In this document: positions 1 through 12,523 of the stretch, piece after piece
Layout of the letters: each line of letters opens with the position of its first letter
Position numbering within the stretch: the stretch's first letter is position 1
Source: Gemmatimonadota bacterium
GTDB taxonomy: Bacteria > JBHIER01 > G020348925
Direction of reading: 5' to 3'
DNA: 64,000 nucleotides
Assembly: GCA_020348925.1 (NCBI GenBank)
Contig: CP070758.1
Location: forward strand, 186,001 to 250,000
The notes under the pieces: model-generated
What the model saw: the letters and a program-made list of their open reading frames with translations, nothing else
Database searches by the model: none
Told to the model about the DNA's origin: nothing
Position numbers and translations under genes: made by a program

Positions 1-29
1 TTAAAATTAAAATTATACTGAGAAAGTAT

Positions 30-58
30 TTGACATATTTATATGTATCGCCTATTTT
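30..58 (+). promoter_or_regulatory. Putative sigma70 promoter of the lipid A operon
   Basis: TTGACA (30-35), 17 bp spacer, TATTTT (53-58) in AT-rich DNA upstream of ORF 162. Confidence 0.5.
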
Positions 59-161
59 AAATGACCTTATCATACGGAATTTCTTCGTCCTGGGCTTTTC
101 TTCCGCGCAATGACAGGCACCAGCGAGAGACCAGGACCATGCGCACAGGATACAGTATTCG

Positions 162-1178
162 ATGACGAAAATAAAAGTTGGCGTCGTGGGTCTTGGCCAC
201 TTGGGCCGCCATCACATCAGAATCTATTCAGAGCTCAAGGAGGCCGAGCTCATCGGCGGATATGATATCGATCGAGCATTGGCCGAGGAGCGGTGCGGTG
301 CGCTGGGCACGGTACCATTTTCGAGTTACGAGGAACTCCTGAATGAGATCGATGCGCTGAATATCGTTGTGCCCACCGTCTCCCATTACGAAGTGGCACT
401 GCCTGCTCTGAAGAGGGGGATCCATGTCCTCATTGAAAAACCCATCAGCCGCACAGTCGAGGAGGCCGACTCCCTCATTAAGGAGGCAAAAAAGCAGAAT
501 TGTGTCCTGCAGGTCGGGCACATCGAACGGTTCAACAGGGCCATGCGGGCCGTGCGCAATCTGGACATCCAACCGCTGTTCATTGAATCCCAGCGGCTCG
601 CTCCCTTCAATCCCCGAGGTACCGACGTCAGTGTTGTTCACGATCTCATGATTCACGATGTTGATATCGTTCTGAGTTTCGTCCGGAGTCCCCTCGAGCG
701 GATCGATGCCGTCGGTGCCCGCGTGGTTTCCCGGCACGAAGATATCGCCAACGCCAGACTTCGCTTTAAAAACGGGTGTGTCGCCAATATCACCGCCAGC
801 CGCATCGCCAGAAAGCGCATCCGTAAGATGAGGATCTTTCAGCACGACACCTACATCCATCTGGATTTCGCCGAAGGTCGGACAGAGCTGTTCCGTCTTA
901 TCGACGGCGACACCGTTTCCCAAAACGAGGGCACCATCTGCCGTGAATTCGGACAGGTTGAGCTCGGAGCACAAGGAAAGCGGATCCTGCTCGAACACCC
1001 CGCGATCGAAGAGAATGGCGACGCCCTTACATTGGAATTGAAATCGTTTCTCCACGCCATCGGCACAGGCGGGCCTCCCCTTGTCTCCGGTGAGGACGGA
1101 CGCCAGGCCCTCGATGTTGTCCACAGAATCATTGAAGGGGCGCACGAGCATGCAGCCGATGTCCATAACCTCTTCTAA
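162..1178 (+). CDS. Gfo/Idh/MocA oxidoreductase, GnnA-like (UDP-GlcNAc 3-dehydrogenase candidate)
   Basis: GVVGLGHLG Rossmann motif, EKP, VGHIERFN and DLMIHD motifs; directly upstream of lpxB. Confidence 0.85.
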   Translation: MTKIKVGVVGLGHLGRHHIRIYSELKEAELIGGYDIDRALAEERCGALGTVPFSSYEELLNEIDALNIVVPTVSHYEVALPALKRGIHVLIEKPISRTVEEADSLIKEAKKQNCVLQVGHIERFNRAMRAVRNLDIQPLFIESQRLAPFNPRGTDVSVVHDLMIHDVDIVLSFVRSPLERIDAVGARVVSRHEDIANARLRFKNGCVANITASRIARKRIRKMRIFQHDTYIHLDFAEGRTELFRLIDGDTVSQNEGTICREFGQVELGAQGKRILLEHPAIEENGDALTLELKSFLHAIGTGGPPLVSGEDGRQALDVVHRIIEGAHEHAADVHNLF

Positions 1179-1187
1179 TACAAAGGA

Positions 1188-2357
1188 ATGATGCCCTCCA
1201 TTCTCATTTCAGCCGGAGAAGTTTCAGGAGATCTTCACGGGGCTTTTCTGGTCCAAGAGATGCAAAGACACTCTCCCAACCTCCGGTTCTTCGGCATTGG
1301 CGGAAACGAGATGAAGGCCGCCGGCGTGGAATTGCGATATCACATCGACCGCATGGGCATCCTGGGCATCACAGAAGCTCTGAGACATCTCGGTTTTATC
1401 AGACGGGTCCTCAAGGAGCTTCGCGGTCAGATGGAGGAACGGCCTCCGGATTTGGTCATCCTCATCGACTACCCCGGATTCAACCTGCGGTTGGCCAAGA
1501 TTGCCTCGCAGCTGTCGGTTCCTGTTCTGTACTATATCGCACCCCAAGTCTGGGCCTGGGGTGCGCGGCGCATCAAGACCATCGCCCGCTACGTCGATAC
1601 CGTTGCCGTTATTCTCCCCTTCGAGAAGGAACTGTACACCAAGGCAGGTCTCGAGGCCGAGTTCGTCGGTCACCCACTCCTGGAGCGTCTCGACCCTCAC
1701 ATCGAAAAAACGGCGTTCATGGACCGATACGGCTTCGAGAACTCGAGGCCCATCGTCGGGCTTCTCCCCGGAAGTCGCTCCACGGAGATCCGACGACTGT
1801 TACCCGTTATGCTCGAAACTGCGAAGCGCATGAGGGCTGATCTCGACACGCTTCAGATTGCGTTAGCGACGGTACCTTCGACGAAAATGGACCGCATGAA
1901 CGAGATTCTTCATCGACACAACATGTCTGTTCCAGTCATCCAGGGAGCGACCCAGGCTGTAATCAACGCTTCCGATCTCCTCCTCATCGCCTCGGGGACG
2001 GCGACGCTTGAGGCGGCCTGTTACGGGACGCCGAGCCTCATCCTCTACAAGGTGAGTCTTATCACGTGGATCATTGCCAAACTCTTGGTAAAACTGCCGT
2101 ACATAGGCCTCGTCAACATTGTCGCCGGCAAAGAGATTGTCCCGGAGTACATCCAGTTCAAGGCACAACCGGGGAGGGTGGCAGGGCATGCTCTCCGTCT
2201 TTTGAAGGACGAGGGACGACGGCGGAAAATGCAGGCTGAGATGAAAAACGTCCGCACCAAGCTTGGTCAACCAGGGGCCTCAGCAAGGACTGCGCGAATC
2301 GCCCTCAACATGCTGGAAAAATCTCAGCGTCGCTCCAGAGTGCAACGTGACCGATGA
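1188..2357 (+). CDS. lpxB: Lipid-A-disaccharide synthase
   Basis: AGEVSGDLHG, IDYPGFN, PQVWAW, FVGHPL, LLPGSR and SGTATLE motifs. Confidence 0.97.
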   Translation: MMPSILISAGEVSGDLHGAFLVQEMQRHSPNLRFFGIGGNEMKAAGVELRYHIDRMGILGITEALRHLGFIRRVLKELRGQMEERPPDLVILIDYPGFNLRLAKIASQLSVPVLYYIAPQVWAWGARRIKTIARYVDTVAVILPFEKELYTKAGLEAEFVGHPLLERLDPHIEKTAFMDRYGFENSRPIVGLLPGSRSTEIRRLLPVMLETAKRMRADLDTLQIALATVPSTKMDRMNEILHRHNMSVPVIQGATQAVINASDLLLIASGTATLEAACYGTPSLILYKVSLITWIIAKLLVKLPYIGLVNIVAGKEIVPEYIQFKAQPGRVAGHALRLLKDEGRRRKMQAEMKNVRTKLGQPGASARTARIALNMLEKSQRRSRVQRDR

Positions 2358-3013
2358 AGATGCGCTTCCTCGACCGTCTGAGCCTGTCCATCATTCCGTT
2401 CTTGGGCTACTACCTCATTTTGCTCTTGGGGAGAACGTGGCGAGTGACGACGCTGGGCCGAAAGGAAGCCGAATCCGCCGCGGAGGAGAAGACGTCCTTC
2501 ATCTACGCCCTGTGGCACGGCCGGATGTTGCCTCTGGCCCTGCTCTCTCGGAACCGGCCCACCTACGTCCTCGTGAGTCAGCACAGAGATGGAGAACTGG
2601 CCAGCCGCTTGGCTCACAGGCTCGGCTTCAAAACGGTCCGGGGATCTTCGACACGCGGAGGCGTGAAGGGATCACAGGATCTCCTGAGAAAGGTTTCCTC
2701 AGGCTTCGACGCAGTCATCATGCCCGACGGACCCAGAGGACCGGCCCGCAAAGTACAGCTGGGGATCCTCCGTCTGGCCCAACTCAGCGGACGCCCCATC
2801 ATTCCCGTTACTGTTGGAGCATCGAGGCATGTGACGCTCAAGAGCTGGGACAGCTTTATTATTCCGAAGCCCTTTTCCCGTTGTATCGTCAAGTTCGGCC
2901 AGCCTCTCCGAGTTCACCCGAAGGCTTCACCTCAACACCTCGAGGAGAAACGGATCGAGCTGGAGCATTGTCTCAACACCATGACGCAAGATGCGGACGC
3001 CTATTTCAATTGA
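2354..3013 (+). CDS. DUF374 lysophospholipid acyltransferase family (LpxJ-like lipid A acyltransferase)
   Basis: WHGR, S-x-H-RDGE, RGSSTRGG, PDGPRGP, SWD..PKPF motifs; within the lpx operon. Confidence 0.85.
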   Translation: MKMRFLDRLSLSIIPFLGYYLILLLGRTWRVTTLGRKEAESAAEEKTSFIYALWHGRMLPLALLSRNRPTYVLVSQHRDGELASRLAHRLGFKTVRGSSTRGGVKGSQDLLRKVSSGFDAVIMPDGPRGPARKVQLGILRLAQLSGRPIIPVTVGASRHVTLKSWDSFIIPKPFSRCIVKFGQPLRVHPKASPQHLEEKRIELEHCLNTMTQDADAYFN

Positions 3014-3016
3014 GCC

Positions 3017-4294
3017 ATGATGTACACTCTTTACAATGTCGCCCTGTACGCTGTTGCTCTCGTTTTCTCCCCCATTCTCCTTCTCATGATGCTCCTCAAT
3101 GTATGCAACCTGCGCCAGCGCTTCGGGTTCTGGAATCACTCCTGTGACACTCCCGCACAGGATGTCGTGTGGTGCCACGCGGCTTCCATGGGGGAAGTGA
3201 CGGCCTTGGCCACTGTCGTACACGAACTCAAGAAAACACTCCCGCAACTCAGCATTGCCATTTCGACAACGACCATGACGGGTCAGAACCGGGCAAGGGA
3301 ATTGATACCCTCTGCAGCTTGTATTTTTCTCGCCCCTCTTGATCTCCACTGGGCCGTTCACAGAGTCCTCCGCCGGCTTCGGCCGAAAGCACTCATTCTC
3401 ACCGAAACGGAGCTCTGGCCAAATATGACAGTTCAGGCAAGACGTTGGGGCTGCAACGTTGGCTTGATCAACGGACGCATGTCGGAGAAAAGTGTTCGGC
3501 GATACCGTCCCGTCAAAGGGCTCATGAAACATGTTCTCAAAGGCTTTCAGCTGGTCTGTGTCCAGACAGAGCTAGACAGTGACCGATTTTTGGTGTATGG
3601 TGCACGTCCTGAGAACACAGTAATCCTGGGCAATATTAAATTTGACATGTTCCGATTTCTGGCGGCGCTGAAGACCTCTCATCTCACAAAAGAATCCCTG
3701 CGGATCGCCCCGCAGTCCAAGGTGATTGTGGCAGGAAGCACACGTCCCGGTGAAGAAGAGGTCCTTCTCTCAAGTTTCAGTACCATCAAAGAGGATCAGG
3801 ATGAATGTGTTTTTATTTTGGCCCCACGACACATGGACAGAATCAGTGAGGTCGAACACATTCTGTTGGAACACCATCTCGAGTTCGTGAAGCGGAGCAG
3901 CCTCAAGACATCGACACGGGTCACTTCCGGAATCATCCTCCTGGACACCATGGGCGAATTATCGCAGATATATTCTTTGGCCGATGTCGCCTTTGTCGGG
4001 GGCAGTCTCGTGCCTTTAGGCGGCCATAATCCCCTTGAACCCGCCATGTGGGGCGTGCCGGTCCTTTTCGGGCCGCACCGCCAAAACATTCGCCATATCA
4101 CGGATCTTCTCATCCATGAGGGCGGCGGTTTGGAGATCAAGAGTCGTGACGAATTCACCACGACGGTCCTTCAACTCCTGAAAAATCCCGACGAGAGAAA
4201 GAAGAGAGGTGAGGCTGCCCACAGGGTCGTTGAGGCCCATTCAGGCGTTTCCTCCAGAACCGTACGGCTCCTGCGAGAACACGGTATCGTGTAA
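3017..4294 (+). CDS. waaA: 3-deoxy-D-manno-octulosonic acid transferase
   Basis: WCHAASMGE, ETELWPN, GNIKFD, AGSTRPGEE, DTMGEL, GGHNPLEPA. Confidence 0.96.
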   Translation: MMYTLYNVALYAVALVFSPILLLMMLLNVCNLRQRFGFWNHSCDTPAQDVVWCHAASMGEVTALATVVHELKKTLPQLSIAISTTTMTGQNRARELIPSAACIFLAPLDLHWAVHRVLRRLRPKALILTETELWPNMTVQARRWGCNVGLINGRMSEKSVRRYRPVKGLMKHVLKGFQLVCVQTELDSDRFLVYGARPENTVILGNIKFDMFRFLAALKTSHLTKESLRIAPQSKVIVAGSTRPGEEEVLLSSFSTIKEDQDECVFILAPRHMDRISEVEHILLEHHLEFVKRSSLKTSTRVTSGIILLDTMGELSQIYSLADVAFVGGSLVPLGGHNPLEPAMWGVPVLFGPHRQNIRHITDLLIHEGGGLEIKSRDEFTTTVLQLLKNPDERKKRGEAAHRVVEAHSGVSSRTVRLLREHGIV

Positions 4295-4302
4295 TTATTT
4301 CC

Positions 4303-5421
4303 ATGAGTTTGCGATCATATATTGAACAGACCCTCTTAGGCGACAGAACTGGGATTGATGCGCTTCTTGTAAGATCGATTGCCTTGAGTTGTTCTATGAT
4401 ATATATTTTTATCGTTCAGATTCGACTCCGCTTGTACGGATGGGGTATTTTCAAGCGCAGGACACTGGAGGCCAGAGTTATCAGCATTGGAAACATCACC
4501 CTCGGTGGGGCAGGAAAGACACCTGTCGTGGCCTATCTCGCCGGACATCTCCAGGGCAAAAACTGTCAAGTGGGTATCCTCAGTCGCGGATATAAAAGAC
4601 ACAGCAAGGGCTTACAGATCGTCTCCGACGGTCAAACCGTCCCGCTCAGCTGGCCTGAAGCCGGTGACGAACCCTACTTCCTGGCACGTCGGCTCCCAGG
4701 CATACCCGTCATTGTGGGTGCAGATCGTACTTCGGCCGGTCGACACGGGATTGACCGATTCGGCGTGAACACGCTCATTCTGGATGATGGCTTTCAGCAC
4801 CTGAAATTACACCGTGATCTCGACATCGTCGTGATCGATGCCTCCTATCCCTTCGGAAACGGCCGGGTAATTCCCGCCGGACATCTCAGGGAACCTCTGA
4901 AGAACCTGAAAAGAGCGGACCTGTTTTGGCTCACACGAGTCGATCAGGCCGAAGATCTTGACTCACTTCGAACGGTACTGCATTCCATCCAGCCGGACGC
5001 GAGCATCGTTCACAGTATCTATCATCCCATCGGACTCCGGTGTTGTACTTCCGGCAGTGAGGTCGATCTCTCAATACTCAAAGGATCGAAAACGGCTCTT
5101 CTGTGCGGAATTGCCAACCCCATCTCCTTTCAAAAAACGGTTGCCAGCTTAGGAGCGGATATTCTTGAGCGATTCTCCTTCCCCGATCATCATCCCTTTG
5201 CGGCGGCGGAGATCCAAAAGATCCAAAAAGCGGCTTCGGATCGCGGCGCCAAATGCCTTGTGACGACGGAAAAAGACGGGATTCGAATGCCCCAAGGAGG
5301 AGATGCTCTCATGCCTCTCTACGAATTGATCATTGAATTGCGCATCACGCACGGCGAGGACATACTGGAGGAGATATTATGGAACGAGATGCATACGAAA
5401 AGCTGCCCCCAGGTGAATTGA
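4303..5421 (+). CDS. lpxK: Tetraacyldisaccharide 4'-kinase
   Basis: GNITLGGAGKTP, SRGY, GDEP, LDDGFQH, FPDHH, TEKD. Confidence 0.96.
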   Translation: MSLRSYIEQTLLGDRTGIDALLVRSIALSCSMIYIFIVQIRLRLYGWGIFKRRTLEARVISIGNITLGGAGKTPVVAYLAGHLQGKNCQVGILSRGYKRHSKGLQIVSDGQTVPLSWPEAGDEPYFLARRLPGIPVIVGADRTSAGRHGIDRFGVNTLILDDGFQHLKLHRDLDIVVIDASYPFGNGRVIPAGHLREPLKNLKRADLFWLTRVDQAEDLDSLRTVLHSIQPDASIVHSIYHPIGLRCCTSGSEVDLSILKGSKTALLCGIANPISFQKTVASLGADILERFSFPDHHPFAAAEIQKIQKAASDRGAKCLVTTEKDGIRMPQGGDALMPLYELIIELRITHGEDILEEILWNEMHTKSCPQVN

Positions 5422-6323
5422 TCGAACGGATAGCGAGGGCCAAGGCCGAAAAGAACGCCGTCCTCCTCGTCCATAACTATCAGAAAATGGAGATCCAGGA
5501 GCTCGGCGACTTTATCGGTGATTCGCTCGGGCTTTCACAGGAGGCGGCAAAAACAGACGCGGATGTCATTGAATTTTGCGGTGTCGACTTCATGGCTGAA
5601 AGCGCCAAGATCCTGAACCCGAACAAGACCGTCTTAATCCCAGAAAGGGAGGCACATTGCCCCATGGCCGCCATGATAACACCGGAAGCCCTGCGAAGCA
5701 TGAAGACCGCGCATCCCAACGCGGTCGTTGTCTGTTACGTCAATACGACAGCGGCGGTCAAAGCGGAGAGCGACATCTGCTGCACGTCCTCCAATGCAAT
5801 CCAGGTGGTACAGTCTCTGGGTGATCGTGAGATTATTTTTGTCCCGGACAAAAACCTCGCCGCCTATGTGGCCGGAAAAACCGGCGCCAATATCATCCCC
5901 TGGGACGGGCACTGTTACGTCCATGCCGATTTTACCCTTGAAGACGTTCAGGAGGCCAAAAAGAAACATCCGGAGGCCAAACTTGTGGTCCACCCCGAAT
6001 GTCCGCCCGAGGTCATTAACGAGGCCGACTGGGTGACGTCGACGAGCGGTATGGTCACATACGTGGAACAACATCGGAGCGACATTGAGAAATCCGGAGT
6101 CGTTATCGGTACAGAGATCGGTCTCGTTCAGCAGCTCAAGAATAGGTATCCTGGATTGGAGATCTCCCCTTTGAGCGATTGGGCCATTTGTACCCAGATG
6201 AAAATGAATACTCTGGCAAAGGTGGCCTGGTCACTGGAAAACAACGAACATCGCGTGGAACTCCCAGCAGAGATAATGAACACAGCCCGTCTCTCCCTGG
6301 AACGCATGTTGGAAGTGACGTAA
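5379..6323 (+). CDS. nadA: Quinolinate synthase
   Basis: HNYQ, GDSL, CGVDFMAE, YVNT, CTSSNA, HPEC; three Fe-S Cys. Confidence 0.97.
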   Translation: MERDAYEKLPPGELIERIARAKAEKNAVLLVHNYQKMEIQELGDFIGDSLGLSQEAAKTDADVIEFCGVDFMAESAKILNPNKTVLIPEREAHCPMAAMITPEALRSMKTAHPNAVVVCYVNTTAAVKAESDICCTSSNAIQVVQSLGDREIIFVPDKNLAAYVAGKTGANIIPWDGHCYVHADFTLEDVQEAKKKHPEAKLVVHPECPPEVINEADWVTSTSGMVTYVEQHRSDIEKSGVVIGTEIGLVQQLKNRYPGLEISPLSDWAICTQMKMNTLAKVAWSLENNEHRVELPAEIMNTARLSLERMLEVT

Positions 6324-6387
6324 GCAGAGTGAGCACGCAGACGGTCAAGTGTTTCGTGTCATTCTGTGCAATTTTTTGGCTTCATAA

Positions 6388-8021
6388 ATGAGAACTATGG
6401 CAGTTGAATCCGATTTTTTGATCATCGGCAGTGGTATCGCCGGACTTTCCTTTGCCCTGAATGCCTCCCAATACGGTTCTGTCACCGTCATTACGAAGAA
6501 GGAAAACACAGAATCCAACACGAACTACGCCCAGGGCGGTATTGCGACGGTCATCCATCCCCAGGACTCCTTTGAGCTCCATGTCGAAGACACCCTCAAA
6601 GCCGGCGCAGGACTGTGCGATCGTGAAGCAGTAGAAATCCTCGTACGAGAAGGGCCGGACCGAGTTCAGGAACTGATCGATTGGGGTGTCCGGTTTTCAA
6701 AGAGTAAGACAAAAGGCAAAGAAGGAGCGTACGCCTTAGCGCGGGAAGGTGGGCATTCCATCGAACGCATCATTTATGCTCAGGATTTAACAGGTCGGGA
6801 AATCGAACGGGCCCTTGTGGCCGCCATCAAGGACAATGAGAACATCCGTGTCTTCGAGAATCATATGGCCATCGACCTCATCACCGAACACCATTTCTTT
6901 CGGATGAAAGAGACGAATCTGGAAAAACGAACGTGCTTCGGTGTCTACGCCCTGAACACGGCCAGGGGAAACGTCGATCGATTTTTAGCGAAGATGACTA
7001 TGCTCTCCACCGGTGGCACGGGGCAGGTCTATCAGCACTCCACAAATCCGGCTATTGCCACCGGAGACGGCATCGTCATGAGCTACCGGGCAGGGGCGAA
7101 AATCGCCAATCTCGAATTCATGCAGTTCCACCCAACGACCCTGTACCATCCCGATGGGCGCTCGTTTCTCATTTCTGAGGCCGTCCGAGGATACGGCGGC
7201 ATTCTTCGCACCAAAGACGGGGAGACGTTTATGGAAAACTATCATCCCAAGGGATGTCTTGCCCCCAGGGATATCGTCGCCCGGGCCATCGACCACGAGC
7301 TCAAGCGCCGGGGAGACCACTGCGTCTATCTCGATGTGACCCATTTGGACGGAGCCAAAGTGAAGGGCAGATTCCCCAATATTTACGAGCACTGTCGCTC
7401 ACTGGGTATTGACATGACACAAGAGCCGATACCTGTTGTACCGGCAGCCCACTATATGTGCGGCGGCGTCCTCACCGATCTGTGGGGTCAAACGTCCATC
7501 GAACGGCTCTTCGCCAGCGGCGAGGTCACCTGCACCGGGGTTCATGGAGCCAACCGCCTGGCCAGCAATTCCCTCCTTGAAGCGCTGGTCTTTTCTCACC
7601 GCGCCTTGGGTAAGGCGGTGCAACTTGTCCAGGAAAAATATTTCGTCTTTCCAACCATACCGGAGTGGCAGGAGGAAGGCGTATTCGACAGTGAGGAGTG
7701 GGTCCTCATTTCCCACGATCGTGAGGAAATACAACGTCTCATGTGGGATTACGTGGGCATCGTACGTTCGGATCACCGCCTCAACAGAGCGCTCCGAAGG
7801 GTCCGGCTCATTGCTGAGGAAGTCGAAGCCTTTTATAAAAAGACGAAGGTTACAAATGACCTCATTGAGCTCCGAAACATCGCCACGGTCTCCGAACTCA
7901 TTATCCGCTGTGCACTCTACAGGCGGGAAAGTCGCGGCCTTCATTTTACGACCGATTGTCCGCAGACCGATGACTCGCAGTGGAGGAGGAACACCATACT
8001 CACCACAGAAGGATTCAGTCA

Positions 8022-8025
<4 letters not shown>
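6388..8025 (+). CDS. nadB: L-aspartate oxidase
   Basis: [45 protein letters not shown]. Confidence 0.97.
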
Positions 8026-9569
<1,544 letters not shown>

Positions 9570-9870
9570 TCCATGAAGGATTAGAATTCAGTATATGAAT
9601 ACCATTGAGGAGTTTCTCTTCGGAGTTACGCTTCGAATGAAATAGAGCAAATCAGAGACAATGAACCTAACATCATCTTCATCGTAAGTGATAGTGATTC
9701 CCACAATGATTATGACATGAGGGTAGGCGTCAACCAAGTAATAAAACAATTATTAGCCTGGATAATTCATAAAACCACTGCAAACGCAACGTAACATGAA
9801 TATATTTATGGAATTATAATGAACATCGTTGTTGAACTTTGTTCGGTAGTATCTCCCGCAATTGTATATT

Positions 9871-9960
9871 CTGTCATTCCGGGTTTATCCCGGAATCTCC
9901 TGAATAGAGAATCCGTTGCATCAATCGAGGAGATTCCGGCATTTCAGCCGGAATGACAGC
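9871..9960. repeat. Palindromic GTCATTCC...GGAATGAC repeat (family B), copy 1
   Basis: Terminal inverted repeats with nested hairpins; inverted homologue at 53013-53099. Confidence 0.8.
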
Positions 9961-10338
9961 TCATGAATAAACCAGGTTTGAAGGAAACTAACTTTTTCAA
10001 GAGAAAAAACCTCGATATTGATATGTTTGAAAATAAGCTCCGTTATATTTCAGGAGTCGTATACAGAGACAACCGGATTCCAGTTTCTACAAGTGAGAGA
10101 ATCTAACATAAAAGAAATGTAGTTATGAGGAATAAATTTAACGTGTATCCTGAATCGCAATTAAGCGAAAGAATCTTTTCTGTTCTTGAGAACCTTGATT
10201 TTGATAATGAGGTTTATTGACGTTCTTCAATGAAAACAAATTGCTGTGCATTTTTTAAGCAAGAGTATGATTCCTGTCCTAATAAATCACTAATTATTTT
10301 CTAAATTGAGCGATTCTTGGCAAACAATATGATTTGGA

Positions 10339-10426
10339 TGTCATTCTGAGCTCGACATATCGGGCGAAGAATCTCTAACCTCATGAGTGAGATTCTTCAC
10401 TTCGCGAAACTCCGTTCAGAATGACA
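10339..10426. repeat. Palindromic GTCATTCTGA...TCAGAATGAC repeat (family A), copy 1
   Basis: Reverse-complement homologue of copies at 57434-57521 and 59976-60063. Confidence 0.85.
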
Positions 10427-10587
10427 AATCCGGTACCTTGGTCTAATAAACCGCCCATCTTAGGTATTTGTTATTCTCGCGAAGGCAAGAATCCATAAAT
10501 ATTATAACATAAAATAGTGAGACGGATACCGGCTTTTGCAGACATGTCATTTGGTGCCAAAGTATTCCCGTAATAAATTTGAATTCC

Positions 10588-10671
10588 TCACGCCAGATTT
10601 AGGGCCAACAGCTTCAGCTCCGTCATCTCCTCGATGGCGTATCGGAGACCTTCCCGGCCGAAGCCGGAATC
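10588..10671 (-). CDS. 3' end of an aldehyde dehydrogenase (rest lost in gap)
   Basis: DSGFGREGLRYAIEEMTELK is the typical ALDH C-terminal motif. Confidence 0.8.
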   Translation of the reverse strand, partial: DSGFGREGLRYAIEEMTELKLLALNLA

Positions 10672-10772
10672 NNNNNNNNNNNNNNNNNNNNNNNNNNNNN
10701 NNNNNNNNNNNNNNNNNNNNNNNNNNNNNNNNNNNNNNNNNNNNNNNNNNNNNNNNNNNNNNNNNNNNNNNC

Positions 10773-12182
10773 TATTCTTCTCTCGCAGACCTGGTAATAG
10801 ACTATCCGAACGGAGTATATACATTCGAGTTCTATGACAGCAGTCATGTACTGCTTAGGACCGTCGTCCTGGACTATAGCAGCCTGTCTATACCCGGTAA
10901 TCCGGTTGATTTCACCTATCCATCTGTGGACGGTCAAACAGGTATTCCCACTTATCCAACATTCACCTGGACTGTGGATAGCAGTGACGGGGATGCCTTA
11001 ATGATGGTCGCAGGAGATGGCGTTAAGTACGTGGTCGTTCCTGCCCCGATTACTACAACTTCGTGGGCTCCTGGACCCCTACTGCCAAATGACGACTGCT
11101 ACCTTGAGGTCTCTGTCTGCACAGTTAAGGACTGGGCAGGTGGGCCTGAGTTTCCAACTGATACCGTTGATGGCGACGAGTTCCAATACTCACTCATGAT
11201 CGAATACCTCAACGAGATAAATTTCTTCACCGGTGCTGTTTCGGATCATGTCCTGGAAATCATAATGTCGTCAACCTACAACTATGACCTTCCTGACGTA
11301 GAACTTCACTATGAATTTGACGTGGAGATTGAGGTTGATGCAACAGTTGATAGCGGTAAAATGTATACTCCAGATGGCACTGAATATCCAATGACCTATG
11401 AAAATGATGGTGTCGAAGCATGGCTTGGTGTGCACAGAGATATTTCTGACCCAATCACGTGGGATGGATTTGGCGCTGGTACTTACATTTTCAAAATCTA
11501 TTATCCAAATGGGTCTTATTATTCTACAAGTGTTGATTATCAACTTCCTAACGGTGATCCCATACCATATGTTACTCAGGAACCACGATTTTTATATCCT
11601 CAGCATGATGCGGCTAATGTACCTTTGCTGTGTACTTTTCAGTTTGATCCAGCAACCAATCCCGACCATGTCATTGATATTTGGATAGAGCCGGAGGATG
11701 GACCGGGATTATCTTATGATATAATGGGGCTTCCCCATGACACCACCTCATACGGCCCGGTTACTCTTTCGCCGGATACGCTTTATGAGGGCGGGTACAC
11801 TATTAACCACTTTTTCAGCTTTGAAAACGCAGATGGCATACCGACTGAAATAGACACGGACGCCGGAACTGAAATCAATTTCACCACGGCAACTTATTTT
11901 CTCTCCGGATGGGTATGGATGGAAGGCGGGACGGATTTTGGGTATTCGGTGAACGAGAGCAGCTTACTTTACTTCTACTCATCTGATACTGTATGGAATC
12001 TCAATCTCGTTACAGGTCAGTGGGTTCCAGATAAACCAGCGGGTTGGATTTATGTAAATTGGCCTTTCTATTACAAGTTAGATCCAGGTGACTTGTGGTT
12101 TACCCTGCCACCTGTAGACGGATTATGGGTATATCATTTCAATACCGGTCAATGGGAAGTATTGCCTCGAATAATACCTTGA
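10773..12182 (+). CDS. Acidic extracellular protein with two tandem beta-rich (Ig/FN3-like) modules and a Trp-rich C-terminal domain; 5' partial
   Basis: Open from the gap to TGA 12182; repeats end in EINFFTG and EINFTTA; C-terminus shared with the next gene. Confidence 0.7.
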   Translation, partial: YSSLADLVIDYPNGVYTFEFYDSSHVLLRTVVLDYSSLSIPGNPVDFTYPSVDGQTGIPTYPTFTWTVDSSDGDALMMVAGDGVKYVVVPAPITTTSWAPGPLLPNDDCYLEVSVCTVKDWAGGPEFPTDTVDGDEFQYSLMIEYLNEINFFTGAVSDHVLEIIMSSTYNYDLPDVELHYEFDVEIEVDATVDSGKMYTPDGTEYPMTYENDGVEAWLGVHRDISDPITWDGFGAGTYIFKIYYPNGSYYSTSVDYQLPNGDPIPYVTQEPRFLYPQHDAANVPLLCTFQFDPATNPDHVIDIWIEPEDGPGLSYDIMGLPHDTTSYGPVTLSPDTLYEGGYTINHFFSFENADGIPTEIDTDAGTEINFTTATYFLSGWVWMEGGTDFGYSVNESSLLYFYSSDTVWNLNLVTGQWVPDKPAGWIYVNWPFYYKLDPGDLWFTLPPVDGLWVYHFNTGQWEVLPRIIP

Positions 12183-12224
12183 TATACGGGAAGACCTGGT
12201 TAGTATTATGCAAACAACGAAATC

Positions 12225-12281
12225 AAGCCTTTGCGATTATCTCGCTTTTTCCTCTACCTCCGCACCGCAGGGGCTTTTTTT
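12225..12281 (+). terminator. Putative intrinsic terminator
   Basis: AAGCCTTTGCG...CGCAGGGGCTT stem with a long loop, followed by a T tract. Confidence 0.5.
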
Positions 12282-12523
12282 ATATCTGTTAGTCAAAGTG
12301 CACTTAGGATGAGAACAAAACCTGTTATCAACGCGTATTTACTGTTTACCTAAAAAATTCATTTTAGTCTTTTTTTATTGTCAGAATTAAAATAACAAAA
12401 CATAATCGTACAACAATTAGGATGAGGGTAAACAGAAAGATGTTTAATTTACGCACTCACTTTACAAATGTTACGATACGATGTTTCTCGTCTGAAATAA
12501 CTTTTTTCTGGAAAGGAGTAAAA

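Noticed and set aside
9570-10330. Integrated element downstream of guaA
   Set aside because: AT-rich with fragments only; no integrase or att duplication found
10536-10771. N-terminus of the 548-aa ORF
   Set aside because: It crosses the gap; the left part is antisense to an ALDH 3' end
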